NCBI GenBank assembly: GCA_963710375.1 | Contig: CAVPZX010000002.1 | Location: forward strand, 1-64,000 | Reading direction: 5' to 3' | DNA: 64,000 nucleotides | From: Nitrospirota bacterium | GTDB taxonomy: Bacteria > Nitrospirota > Thermodesulfovibrionia > Thermodesulfovibrionales > Dissulfurispiraceae | Notes under the pieces: model-generated | What the model was told of the DNA's origin: nothing | What the model saw: the letters and a program-made list of their open reading frames with translations, nothing else | The model's database searches: none | Made by a program: the position numbers and the translations under genes | In this document: positions 29,678-39,620 of the stretch, in pieces | How positions within the stretch are numbered: the first letter of the stretch is position 1 | How the letters are laid out: the number at the start of each line of letters is the position of its first letter

Positions 29678-30745
29678 ATGGTACATAAAATAGCTGTTGT
29701 GCCAGGAGACGGGATCGGCAAGGAGGTCGTGCCTGAGGGAGTGCGTGTCCTTGACGCTGCAGGCCTCCGGTTTGGGTTCAGCTTCGAGTGGACGTGGTTC
29801 GACTGGAGCTGTGAGCGCTTCTCGAAGACCGGCCGTATGATGCCTGAAGACGGTCTCGATCAACTGAGGCGGTACGAGTCTATTTTCCTTGGCGCTGTCG
29901 GTCACCCGGGTGTGCCGGACCACGTATCGTTATGGGGGCTGCTGATCCCGATCCGCCGTGGTTTCCGGCAGTACATTAACCTGAGGCCGGTGCGCCTGCT
30001 CAAGGGAGTAAAGTCGCCGCTCGCAGGACGCGGTCCAGCCGACATCGATATGGTGATCGTGCGCGAGAATAATGAAGGAGAGTACTCTGAAATCGGCGGA
30101 CGCCTCTACGCCGGGATGCCGGAGGAGTTAGCGGTACAGCAGGCAGTCTTCACTCGCAAAGGCTGCGACAGAGTCATGCGCTACGCATTCGAACTGGCCA
30201 TGAAGCGGCCCCGCCGTCACGTGACGTCGGCAACCAAGTCGAACGGAATCATTCACTCCATGACATACTGGGACGAGCGTTTCGCCGCTATCGCTAAGGA
30301 GTATCCCGACGTTAAGACCGCGAAGTACCATATCGACATCCTCACCGCGCATTTCGTGCAGCATCCCGACTGGTTCGACGTTGTAGTCGGCTCTAACCTC
30401 TTCGGCGATATCCTCTCGGACCTGGGCCCTGCTATCGCCGGCTCCATCGGACTCGCGCCTGGCGGCAACATCAACCCTGAGAAGGATTATCCGTCAATGT
30501 TTGAGCCTGTACACGGCTCGGCCCCTGATATTGCAGGCAAGGGAATCGCGAATCCGATCGCTCAGATATGGACAGGGGCAATGATGCTCGATTACCTGGG
30601 CCATCCCGAGGCGGCGCGCGCCATTGTCGCCGCGATTGAGCGTGTGGTAGAGGATGGCAAGGCGCTTACACGCGACCTCGGCGGCCATGCGTCAACTGCC
30701 GAAGTCGGGCAAGCCATCGCAGCGCTAGTACAGGGGGAAGCGTAA
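29678..30745 (+). CDS. Tartrate dehydrogenase / D-malate dehydrogenase (decarboxylating)
   Basis: GDGIG, VPDHVSLWGLL, RENNEGEY, ATKSNG, EPVHGSAPDIAG (TtuC/DmlA-like). Confidence 0.92.
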   Translation: MVHKIAVVPGDGIGKEVVPEGVRVLDAAGLRFGFSFEWTWFDWSCERFSKTGRMMPEDGLDQLRRYESIFLGAVGHPGVPDHVSLWGLLIPIRRGFRQYINLRPVRLLKGVKSPLAGRGPADIDMVIVRENNEGEYSEIGGRLYAGMPEELAVQQAVFTRKGCDRVMRYAFELAMKRPRRHVTSATKSNGIIHSMTYWDERFAAIAKEYPDVKTAKYHIDILTAHFVQHPDWFDVVVGSNLFGDILSDLGPAIAGSIGLAPGGNINPEKDYPSMFEPVHGSAPDIAGKGIANPIAQIWTGAMMLDYLGHPEAARAIVAAIERVVEDGKALTRDLGGHASTAEVGQAIAALVQGEA

Positions 30746-30770
30746 GAAAGTTACTTTATACGGATCCCAA

Positions 30771-32186
30771 TTATTTAATGGCAAGAAGGTATGGGACACC
30801 AATAACTATCAGCGCAACAAGGAAAATCATCCCAAAAATGAGTCCCAATTTCCAGAAGTCCCTAACGCTGATATATCCGCTTCCGTAGTAGATGGGACCC
30901 GGTCCGGTGGCGTAGGGCGTTATAATACCCATGATTCCCAGTGAGTAGCAGAGAAGAAGGGCAAAAGTTTTGACTGGAAGACCCGGTATGGCAGCACCGA
31001 CAGCCAGCATCACGGGCAGTACGGCCGTGGTATGCGCAGTAAGGCTTGCGAACATGTAATGAATGATAAAAAAGATCGCCACCAGGACCACCATCACAAC
31101 AAGGGGTGACATTCCTGTCAGCAGGGCTGCCATACTCTTGGCGAACCAGGTAACAAATCCTACCTTATTGAGGCCATCAGCCAATGCAACAAGGGTAGCA
31201 AACCAGACGAGAACGTTCCATGCCTGTTTGTTCGTAAGGATGTCTTCCCACGTGACAGTCCCTGTGATGAGCATCAAAGAGATAACAAGTCCTGCAACCG
31301 TGGTGGCATCCACAAATTTACCGCCGAAAATCCACAAAGTCAGGGCGAAAAGAGCAAGCAGGGCCATCACAAGCTCCTTGCGGGAAAACTTGCCCATCTT
31401 GGAGAGTTCCAGAGCTGCGCACGAGGGTACTTCCTCGCAGGATTTGAGTTCAGGGGGGTAAATCTTAAAGATGAGAAAAGGAAGCGTCAGAATGAGAATA
31501 ATGCCCACAGGAAGAAAACCGACAAACCATTCTGTCCATGAGATACTGACCTTTACCGTCTTGTTTACCAGATCTATGGCCAGAAGATTTGGAGCTAAAG
31601 AGGTGATAAACATGGAACTGGTTACACAGGTTGCCGCAAAGGCCGTCCACATGATGTAGGCCCCGATTTTACGAGATGTTTCTCCGGGAGAGGACCCATA
31701 AAGACCGGGAAGATTACGAATAATGGGGAAAATGATACCGCCGCTCCTCGCCGTATTCGAGGGCGTAAAGGGAGCCAGGATGAGATCGGAAAAAGTGATG
31801 GCATATCCGAGTCCCAGTGGCTTTCCGCCCAACGCCTTGACCAGGATCAGGGCGATGCGTCTGCCAAGGCCTGTTTTATCATAGCCCATCGCAAACATAA
31901 AAGCCGCAAAGATCAACCAGACAATCGAGTTGGCAAACCCGGACAAGGCCCACACTATGTTATTGGCTGGTTTAGGGCCGGCCAAACCCAAAGCCGCAAC
32001 AAGGAAGACGCCGATAAACCCCACGGCTGCTGCCGGAAGAGGCTCCAGGATCAGACCCAATATAACAGCGCTGAAAATAGCAAAGAAATACCAGGCAGTC
32101 TGGGTTAATCCCTGGGGAGCAGGGAGTAATGCGATAATGATACCCAAAAGCAAAGGCAGGACAGCTTTCCACGGAATCGTCTTCAT
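30771..32186 (-). CDS. DASS family di/tricarboxylate transporter (TtdT/CitT-like)
   Basis: TGLGRRIAL, PSNTARSGG, FASLTAH, TPYATGP. Confidence 0.93.
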   Translation of the reverse strand: MKTIPWKAVLPLLLGIIIALLPAPQGLTQTAWYFFAIFSAVILGLILEPLPAAAVGFIGVFLVAALGLAGPKPANNIVWALSGFANSIVWLIFAAFMFAMGYDKTGLGRRIALILVKALGGKPLGLGYAITFSDLILAPFTPSNTARSGGIIFPIIRNLPGLYGSSPGETSRKIGAYIMWTAFAATCVTSSMFITSLAPNLLAIDLVNKTVKVSISWTEWFVGFLPVGIILILTLPFLIFKIYPPELKSCEEVPSCAALELSKMGKFSRKELVMALLALFALTLWIFGGKFVDATTVAGLVISLMLITGTVTWEDILTNKQAWNVLVWFATLVALADGLNKVGFVTWFAKSMAALLTGMSPLVVMVVLVAIFFIIHYMFASLTAHTTAVLPVMLAVGAAIPGLPVKTFALLLCYSLGIMGIITPYATGPGPIYYGSGYISVRDFWKLGLIFGMIFLVALIVIGVPYLLAIK

Positions 32187-32212
32187 CTTTAACCTCCTTC
32201 TCTTCGACATAA

Positions 32213-32241
32213 AGAATAATACTGTGTTATATGATTGTCAA
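32213..32241 (-). promoter_or_regulatory. Sigma70-like promoter of the DASS transporter
   Basis: TTGACA-17-TATTCT. Confidence 0.65.
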
Positions 32242-33302
32242 GCCAGTGTACGAGTTGCAAACATTTTCGACATTGCCCCTTTTTCTATGAGTGACTGTGA
32301 TGGCGATTTTTGGCCAAGACTTTTGTGTGGTCGAATGCAGTTATAGAAGACAAGATACTCAGCCAATCGCATTCTAAAAAGTTTGATGTCATGTATTGAG
32401 TCGAGGTTTTGAGCGACGAACTCATCTTTAATTGTTCTGTTGTATCGTTCAATGAAACTATTTATCTTAGGGCAACGAGGATAACTAAAGAGATGCGGTA
32501 TTTTGTGTTTTTGGAGTTCTTTATCAAAGTCACCGAGGAATTCAGAGCCGTTATCACTTTGCACAGACAGCACTGGGAGCGGGCAAACAAGCATAAGGCG
32601 TTTCAGGAAGTCTGTTGCCGAGCGGCTTGAAAGCGAGCCGTAGCAACCAGTCAGGGCAAACTTAGTCACAACATCTATTGCTGAAATCAGGTACCGGGTA
32701 ACACCGGCATCGTGAACAACTGAACTATCGGCCAGAAGGTAACCTGGTTCAAGGGGTTTGGGTGATTTTTTTACACGTTGTCTTTTGCATTTCTCAGGCT
32801 GTTTTCTGTCGGGGTTGTGGTACACTCTGCCTGGGCTGCCCTGGGAAAAGAACTTGTATCTCTTGATGATCTTGCCTATTTTAGACTCAGAGATAGTAGT
32901 AATGCCCATTTCTTTGCAATATGCATCCAGCAAAGGTTTAAGTTTCTCTTTGCCGATTCTTCCGTACTTGCGTCTGTAGGCACGAATGAACTCTACGATA
33001 CGCTGATCAACAGACATGGTCCTTACGTTATAGGGTTTTGTACTGACAGGCACAAGAGCTTCCAGCCTTCCTCCAGACTGCATGAGCTTTTTCTTCCAGG
33101 TATAAATCACCTTGCGATCTGCTCCAAAAGCTTCTTTAGTGGCTGCCTCACCATATTGATCGTAGAACTGAATGATCTTATGTCGCTGTTTTGCCACTTC
33201 GTTTTTATCAAACCTCTGAAGACCCCTGAGCATATCCTGTAGCCTCCTCCAGCCACGTATCCAGCTGAAGATAGGATATGCCCGTGCATAATGATCCATC
33301 AA
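32238..33302 (-). CDS. Integrase-core (rve) transposase
   Basis: N-terminal HTH, LADS, QSDNGSEF, IERYNRT, RPHKSL. Confidence 0.92.
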   Translation of the reverse strand: MMDHYARAYPIFSWIRGWRRLQDMLRGLQRFDKNEVAKQRHKIIQFYDQYGEAATKEAFGADRKVIYTWKKKLMQSGGRLEALVPVSTKPYNVRTMSVDQRIVEFIRAYRRKYGRIGKEKLKPLLDAYCKEMGITTISESKIGKIIKRYKFFSQGSPGRVYHNPDRKQPEKCKRQRVKKSPKPLEPGYLLADSSVVHDAGVTRYLISAIDVVTKFALTGCYGSLSSRSATDFLKRLMLVCPLPVLSVQSDNGSEFLGDFDKELQKHKIPHLFSYPRCPKINSFIERYNRTIKDEFVAQNLDSIHDIKLFRMRLAEYLVFYNCIRPHKSLGQKSPSQSLIEKGAMSKMFATRTLA

Positions 33303-33335
33303 ACGTCAATGTCGAAAATGTATCGTAACTTTTTT
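32247..33335 (-). mobile_element. IS481-like insertion sequence, 1089 bp
   Basis: 29-bp imperfect IRs sharing ACATTTTCGACATTG; AGCCAG direct repeats at 32241-32246 and 33336-33341. Confidence 0.88.
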
Positions 33336-33439
33336 AGCCAGGATTCGAATAGTAGACACCTCCCTTGTAAAAAAGCATTAGCATATCTTCCCTTACTGTG
33401 ATAAAGTTCAGGGAGCTAAACTGCTGCTCAGGAGGAGAC

Positions 33440-34039
33440 ATGAACAGCCATCTTAATGAGATTCTTGAAGAGATAAGAGAGTTGGAAAATAAGGTGCAGT
33501 TGGAGCTGAAGCGGAGGGAAGAAGAGCTGAAGTATAAGATTAGCGAAGGCAAGGTAATATTCGAACGGGAGATTATCGAACTCCACAAGAAAATCAGGAT
33601 TCCGTTGTTCGTCTATATCATTAAAGCCCCTCTTCTCACAATCCTGTCTGCACCGGTAATATACGCAATGGTTGTACCGGCAGTGCTTATGGATCTCTGT
33701 CTATGGATATATCAGGCAGTGTGTTTTCCTGTTTACAAAATCCCGAAGGTGAAGCGGAGCGATCATATAATTTTTGACCGTCATTATTTGAAATACCTGA
33801 ACTTGCTCGAAAGGTTGAACTGTGATTATTGCAGTTATTTTAACGGCCTTTCTTCGTATGCAATGGAAATTGCGGGTCGGACTGAGCAGTACTGGTGTCC
33901 GATCAAGCATGCTTCTGGAAAGGCCCAACGCCATTCCAGAGAGCGTTTTTTTACCGATTATGGGGATGCCGAAACTTATCGGGCAAAGCTTTTGGAAATT
34001 CGGAGACAATTTAAAGATATTGAATCAAATCAGGAATGA
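33440..34039 (+). CDS. Conserved hypothetical membrane protein with Cys motifs
   Basis: GGAGG RBS; coiled coil, TM segment, NCDYCSYFNG, EQYWCPIKH. Confidence 0.75.
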   Translation: MNSHLNEILEEIRELENKVQLELKRREEELKYKISEGKVIFEREIIELHKKIRIPLFVYIIKAPLLTILSAPVIYAMVVPAVLMDLCLWIYQAVCFPVYKIPKVKRSDHIIFDRHYLKYLNLLERLNCDYCSYFNGLSSYAMEIAGRTEQYWCPIKHASGKAQRHSRERFFTDYGDAETYRAKLLEIRRQFKDIESNQE

Positions 34040-34051
34040 GGTAACCAGAAT

Positions 34052-35539
34052 ATGCAAACAGATGGAAAGCTACACCGTGCGCTCTTAGAGAGAATCGCAC
34101 GCAGGGCAATGCTTCAGAGGGGATTACTCCCTGACTTTTCTAGTGAGGCACTCGCTGAACTTGACAGGATTCAGTCGCCCGCAGCAATAAACGACGACCA
34201 GCTTCGTGACCTTACAAACCTGCTGTGGGCCTCCATCGACAACGATGATTCTCGCGATTTAGATCAACTTACCGTCGCCGAGGCAATACAAGGGGACAAG
34301 GTGAAGATACTTGTTGCCGTGGCTGATGTAGATGAACTTGTTAATAATGGCTCGGCAATCGACAAACACGCCCGCCATAATACTACCTCTGTTTATACCG
34401 CTGCCAGGATATTCCCTATGCTTCCCGAAAAGCTTTCTACCGACCTGACATCCCTGAATTTCAATGAGGATCGACTGGCAATCGTTGTTGAAATGGTGAT
34501 CGGCCCGGATGGATCTTTAGAGATCTGCGATATCTACAGGGCGCGTGTCCGCAATCATGCAAAGCTCGCCTATAATAGTGTGGCCGCATGGCTTGAAGGA
34601 CATGGAATTCTGCCTGAGGCTGTTGCTGCAGTAAAGGGGCTTGAGGAGAATCTACGCTTGCAGGACAAGGCAGCGGTAAGCATGAAAAACCTCCGGCATG
34701 TTAACGGCGCCCTAAGTTTTGAAACGCTGGAGGCGAGGCCGGTATTTGACGGCGATGAAATCCGTGATCTCGAACTAGAAAAAAGGAACCGGGCAAAAGA
34801 CATTATCGAGGATTTCATGGTAGGGGCGAACGGCGTAACCGCAAGGTACCTCTCGTCGAAAAAATTCTCTTCTATCCGACGTGTAGTGCGCACTCCAAAA
34901 CGATGGGAGCGAATTGTGGAACTTGCTAATGAACATGGGTTCGAACTTCCTAATAAGCCTGATTCAAGAGCCCTGGAGGAGTTCCTTACCAAGGCTAAAA
35001 CAGCTGACCCGGTGAGATTCCCCGACCTCTCCCTGGTGGTGATCAAACTTATGGGGGCTGGTGAATATGTTGCAGCACTTCCCGGAGAGACCGCCCCTGG
35101 ACATTTTGGCCTAGCGGTCAGGGACTATACCCATTCCACAGCCCCTAACCGGCGTTATCCCGATCTTATCACACAACGCCTGCTGAAGGCCGCGATAGGA
35201 GATAATCCTTTGCCTTACAGCAATGATGAGCTGGAAGTCCTGGCGAAACATTGCACCGAAGAAGAAGACGCCGCAAACAAAGTAGAACGACAGGTCAGGA
35301 AATCCGCGGCGGCAATGCTGCTGGAACATAGAATTGGGGAGCAGTTCGATGCCATCGTTACCGGCGCAGCGGCAAAAGGCACCTGGGCCAGGCTTCTCAC
35401 GATCCCTGTCGAAGGGAGAGTGGTCCATGGTTTCGAGGGCCTTGATGTCGGCAACAGGATTCGAGTGCAGCTCACATTCGTAGATGTTGACCGGGGATAC
35501 ATCGATTTCAGGAAAGTCGGTCGATCAAAGAGACATTGA
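34052..35539 (+). CDS. RNB-domain exoribonuclease (short RNase II/R-like)
   Basis: SIDNDDSRDLDQ, IEDFMV, HFGL...YTHSTAPNRRYPDL; C-terminal S1-like domain. Confidence 0.92.
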   Translation: MQTDGKLHRALLERIARRAMLQRGLLPDFSSEALAELDRIQSPAAINDDQLRDLTNLLWASIDNDDSRDLDQLTVAEAIQGDKVKILVAVADVDELVNNGSAIDKHARHNTTSVYTAARIFPMLPEKLSTDLTSLNFNEDRLAIVVEMVIGPDGSLEICDIYRARVRNHAKLAYNSVAAWLEGHGILPEAVAAVKGLEENLRLQDKAAVSMKNLRHVNGALSFETLEARPVFDGDEIRDLELEKRNRAKDIIEDFMVGANGVTARYLSSKKFSSIRRVVRTPKRWERIVELANEHGFELPNKPDSRALEEFLTKAKTADPVRFPDLSLVVIKLMGAGEYVAALPGETAPGHFGLAVRDYTHSTAPNRRYPDLITQRLLKAAIGDNPLPYSNDELEVLAKHCTEEEDAANKVERQVRKSAAAMLLEHRIGEQFDAIVTGAAAKGTWARLLTIPVEGRVVHGFEGLDVGNRIRVQLTFVDVDRGYIDFRKVGRSKRH

Positions 35540-35555
35540 CGAGTAGAAATAATAA

Positions 35556-35584
35556 TTGACATATACGTTAAGGTTAGTTATTAT
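35556..35584 (+). promoter_or_regulatory. Promoter/operator of the aor operon
   Basis: TTGACA-TATACGTTAAGGTTAGT-TATTAT; 26/29 identical to 43000-43028 (minus). Confidence 0.75.
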
Positions 35585-35644
35585 CATTCTTGAAAGTTGC
35601 CTTCTCTCTGACAAGAGATGCGCATGCAACCAGGAGGCACTCCT

Positions 35645-37504
35645 ATGGGCAATGGATATGCCGGAAAATTCTTGCACATCAATTTAACGGAAGCTTCGAC
35701 TAAAGACTTCATTATTGATGATGCTGTAATGAAGAAATATATCGGCGGGAGTTGCCTTGCTGCCAAGCTCTTTCTCGACAGGTATCCCATTGACCTCGAT
35801 CCTCTGGCGCCTGAAAGCCCGCTCATGATCATGACAGGTCCCTTGGTGGGCAGTGGATTGCCGGGCACATCGAGGTTCAGCATCAGCGCAAAATCACCAC
35901 AGACGGATATCTGGGGCGAATCAGCCTGCGGAGGGACTTTCAGTCCCGACCTGAAGCGGGCTGGATACGAGGGCATCGTTATAGACGGGAAGGCGAGCTC
36001 TCCCGTGTACGTTTCCATCACCGAAGATAGCGTTCAGATCCTGGATGCAGCACACTTATGGGGCAAGGACATCTATGAGGTCACTGATATTCTGAAAGAG
36101 AAGGACAAGTCCTTCAAGGTGCTTGCTATAGGTCAGGCTGGCGAAAACATGGTCAAGATAGCTGCCATCGGCAATGACAAGGGACACTTCAGCGGGCGGA
36201 CCGGGCTCGGTGCTGTCATGGGTTCCAAATACCTGAAGGCAATTATTGTAAAGGGTTCAAAAAAGGTTTACAAGGCAGATGAGGAAAAATTCAAACATTT
36301 CCTGAAAGAAGCCATGCAAGAGGCAAAAGATTCCTTCATTGCCGATGGCCTTCACCAGATGGGTTCTGATTCAAATATGGACCTTGGCATGGTCAGCGGT
36401 GATATCCCGATCAAGAACTGGACTGTCGGTCAAGACTTCACGCTTTCCTCCAATCTGAGCGGACCCACCATGAAGGAGAAGTACCTCACCAGGGCGCATG
36501 CATGCTCAAACTGTCCTGTTGCCTGCAAGAGGGTGGTCAAAGTTGAAGATGGACCCTTCAAGACAGCCGAAGGTCCGGGTCCGGAATATGAAACCTGCGC
36601 TTCCTTTGGCACCATGATGATGAATCCTGATCTCACTGCTGTGATAAAAGCCAATGAGCTCTGCAATAAGTACGGGATGGACACAATCAGCTGCGGCTCA
36701 GCCATTGCCATGACCATGGAGCTCTTTGACAAAGGCACTCTCACCAAAGACGATCTGGATGGGCTCGATTTATCATGGGGGAACATGGACTCCGTGATGA
36801 TACTAATCAAAAAAATCGCCTTAAGGGAAGGGTTTGGTGATGTTTTGGCTGAAGGAAGTGTTAAGGCTGCCGGAAAGATCGGCAAAGACGCTATCGATGC
36901 AGTGGTAGCCGTAAAGGGCCTCGAAGCACCCATGCACGATCCTAGGGGATTCCACGGAATGGGCCTGGCGTATATGATGTCCAACCGGGGGGCCTGCCAC
37001 CTTCAACATGCGGTGCTCGCTACAGAACAGGGCATGGTATACTGGTCTCAACTCTTCGACATGAAGGAAGATTATGTCGGCACAACGAGTATCGGCAAGG
37101 CAGCGCTGGTCTACAACTCCGAGAACTACGGAATACTCGGAAACTCTCTGTCCATCTGTCACTATCTTGTCTATATCTTAAAGCCCGAAACGATTCTTGG
37201 CGCCTTCAATGCTATTACAGGCTGGAACCTGAACTTCGGGGATCTGCTCAAAGCCGGCATGAGAGACTGGACCCTGAAACGTGGCTTCAATAACCTGCTT
37301 GGAATTACGATAAAGGATGACAAGCTCCCCAAAAAACTCCTCACAGCATTAGGAGAAGGTGGAGCAGCTGGATCCATACCCGATGTAGAACTTCTTCTCA
37401 AAGAGTATTATGCCCTGAGAGGCCTTGACGAAAGAGGCTACCCCAAACGGGAAATACTCGTCGATCTCGGTTTGGATGAACTCGAAAACAGGCTTTATGC
37501 CTAA
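35645..37504 (+). CDS. aor: Aldehyde:ferredoxin oxidoreductase (W/Mo-bis-pterin family)
   Basis: KSPQT, GRTGLGAVMGSK, CSNCPVAC, GPEYET, GMDTIS, HDPR, RGACH. Confidence 0.93.
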   Translation: MGNGYAGKFLHINLTEASTKDFIIDDAVMKKYIGGSCLAAKLFLDRYPIDLDPLAPESPLMIMTGPLVGSGLPGTSRFSISAKSPQTDIWGESACGGTFSPDLKRAGYEGIVIDGKASSPVYVSITEDSVQILDAAHLWGKDIYEVTDILKEKDKSFKVLAIGQAGENMVKIAAIGNDKGHFSGRTGLGAVMGSKYLKAIIVKGSKKVYKADEEKFKHFLKEAMQEAKDSFIADGLHQMGSDSNMDLGMVSGDIPIKNWTVGQDFTLSSNLSGPTMKEKYLTRAHACSNCPVACKRVVKVEDGPFKTAEGPGPEYETCASFGTMMMNPDLTAVIKANELCNKYGMDTISCGSAIAMTMELFDKGTLTKDDLDGLDLSWGNMDSVMILIKKIALREGFGDVLAEGSVKAAGKIGKDAIDAVVAVKGLEAPMHDPRGFHGMGLAYMMSNRGACHLQHAVLATEQGMVYWSQLFDMKEDYVGTTSIGKAALVYNSENYGILGNSLSICHYLVYILKPETILGAFNAITGWNLNFGDLLKAGMRDWTLKRGFNNLLGITIKDDKLPKKLLTALGEGGAAGSIPDVELLLKEYYALRGLDERGYPKREILVDLGLDELENRLYA

Positions 37505-37522
37505 TAGTGGAGGGATTATCTT

Positions 37523-37951
37523 ATGGCAAAAGTTAAGGCATTGACACAGGAATGGATGGATGCTTACAAGGCCGCAATCGTTGCAGATCCTGATTACAAG
37601 GAAATTGCCAAAAACTGGGAAGGCAGCGTATCGCTCATCGTTAATGCCGACCCGAGTAAGGGTGTACCTGAACCTGTCTATCTTTTCCAGGATTACTGGC
37701 ACGGTGATGTGGGCGATTTTATTGTTTGCGACAAGGCCAAGGCCGAAAGCGCAAAGTTCGTCCTTACCGGCGACTATTCACGATGGAAACAAGTGGCTCG
37801 CAAGGAGCTTGATGCTACCAAAGGACTCCTGCAGGGCAAGTTGACGATGAAGGGTGACCTGCCATACATAGTAAAGAATATCCTGGTGATCAACAAGGTC
37901 GTGGATATCCTCGGAAAGTTCGAGACCCAGTGGCCCGATGAGCCTGAATAA
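37523..37951 (+). CDS. SCP2 sterol/lipid-binding domain protein
   Basis: FVLTGDYSRW...LDATKGLLQGKLTMKGDL. Confidence 0.85.
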   Translation: MAKVKALTQEWMDAYKAAIVADPDYKEIAKNWEGSVSLIVNADPSKGVPEPVYLFQDYWHGDVGDFIVCDKAKAESAKFVLTGDYSRWKQVARKELDATKGLLQGKLTMKGDLPYIVKNILVINKVVDILGKFETQWPDEPE

Positions 37952-37975
37952 CGCATATAGACGAAGGAGAGAGAA

Positions 37976-39139
37976 ATGGCTTACGATCTAGATCTGTCAT
38001 TCAATTATTTCGCTCCCACCAAAATTGTCTTCGGGGTAGATTCATCAAAAGATGTTGAGATAGAGATGAGCGCTATTGGAGGTACCAGGGCAGTCGTTGT
38101 CACCGACCGGGGAATTATAAATGCCGGTCTCATAGACCACATAGTAAAGGCCCTTGGCAACAAGTGTGTCGGCGTGTTCAGCGACGTCCCCCAGGATACA
38201 GGGGTAGAGGTCGTGGATGCAGGAGCTTCTTTTGCCAAGAAAAACTCTGCAGATATCGTCATAAGTGTTGGCGGGGGAAGTGTTATCGATACAGCCAAGG
38301 GCATGTGCATACTGCTCACCGAAGGCGGCAATCTTCGGGATTTAAACGGGGTCCAGTTATTGACCAGACCCCAGACCCCGCATGTAGTGATACCCACCAC
38401 TGCGGGCACAGGCAGCGAAGTAACTAATGTAGCTGTTATCATGGACAAGGAAATGGGTCGGAAACGCCTGGTGGTCGAGAACTTCATTGTTCCCCGCCTT
38501 GCCATCCTGGATCCGAAGATGACTGCAAAGCTGCCAAAGCTCATGACCGCAGGCACGGGAATGGACGCCATGACCCATGCTGTGGAGGCGCTCCATGTCG
38601 TGCCCCACGAGCCCATCACCGATGCACTTGGTATTCATGCCATTCGTCTTCTGTACAAGTACCTGCCGGAATGTATCGCGAACGGCTCAAATCTTGTTGC
38701 GAGAGGCCAAACGCAGATAGCGGCAACTATGGCCGGCTGGGCCTTCGGTATCGCAGGCGTCGGAAATGTCCATGCCCTTGCACACTCGATTGGCGCAGTC
38801 GCTCACGTGCCCCACGGAATTGCCAACGGCATACTGCTGGCCGATTGCATGGAATTCAATACCGAGAGTTGTCCAGAGGCTTATGCCATGGTGGCAGAGG
38901 CCTTCGGGCTCCGCGAAAAGGGAATGGATGACATGGAAGCAGCCAGGACAGCTATTGCCGCCGTGAGGGAATTTACCAGGAAAATAGAGCACCCCCAGCG
39001 ACTGTCCGAAATGAAAGTGACAGAGGATGATATTGCAAAGGCGGCAGAGCTCAGTCTTGGTGATGGAGCCATACTAAACAATCCCCGGTTTGTACTCGAT
39101 TCTTCCGAGTGCCTCGGAATTTACAAGAAGGTGCTTTAG
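37976..39139 (+). CDS. Iron-containing alcohol dehydrogenase
   Basis: GGGSVIDTAK, PTTAGTGSE, DAMTHAVE, HALAH, HG. Confidence 0.95.
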   Translation: MAYDLDLSFNYFAPTKIVFGVDSSKDVEIEMSAIGGTRAVVVTDRGIINAGLIDHIVKALGNKCVGVFSDVPQDTGVEVVDAGASFAKKNSADIVISVGGGSVIDTAKGMCILLTEGGNLRDLNGVQLLTRPQTPHVVIPTTAGTGSEVTNVAVIMDKEMGRKRLVVENFIVPRLAILDPKMTAKLPKLMTAGTGMDAMTHAVEALHVVPHEPITDALGIHAIRLLYKYLPECIANGSNLVARGQTQIAATMAGWAFGIAGVGNVHALAHSIGAVAHVPHGIANGILLADCMEFNTESCPEAYAMVAEAFGLREKGMDDMEAARTAIAAVREFTRKIEHPQRLSEMKVTEDDIAKAAELSLGDGAILNNPRFVLDSSECLGIYKKVL

Positions 39140-39150
39140 GAGGTTTTGAT

Positions 39151-39570
39151 ATGACAGGGCATTTTATAAAAAATCAGGCAGAGGAAGTTCCGTTCTCATT
39201 TATAATAAGCGAACTCCTCTCCTCGAATATAACCCAGAAAGCCGAGAGGATGCGCACGTTCAAGAGCATGTATGGTGTGGTCGCCATTCATCTGGTCAAC
39301 ATCGAAGCAGCAGTATCCCTCATATTTGCAGGCGGCACACTGAGCATAGTACCGGGCATCGCAGGAAAACCCGATATCATCATCACAACCGACTCGGATA
39401 AGGTGATGGGCCTGAACCTGATTTCCGTCAAGTTCGGACTCCCCTATTATTTTGATAAGGCTGGTTTAACCGTCCTAAAGCAGCTATTAAGCGGGGATAT
39501 CAAGATCAAGGGCATGCTCGCACATCCCATACTTCTCACCAAGCTTACGAAGATCATGTCGGTGATGTAA
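39151..39570 (+). CDS. SCP2-like protein
   Basis: KPDIIIT, LLSGDIKIKG; RBS present. Confidence 0.65.
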   Translation: MTGHFIKNQAEEVPFSFIISELLSSNITQKAERMRTFKSMYGVVAIHLVNIEAAVSLIFAGGTLSIVPGIAGKPDIIITTDSDKVMGLNLISVKFGLPYYFDKAGLTVLKQLLSGDIKIKGMLAHPILLTKLTKIMSVM

Positions 39571-39620
39571 GGAGCTAGCGTACTGCATGAAGACCTGGAC
39601 CATTATGTATCTTTTGGCCA

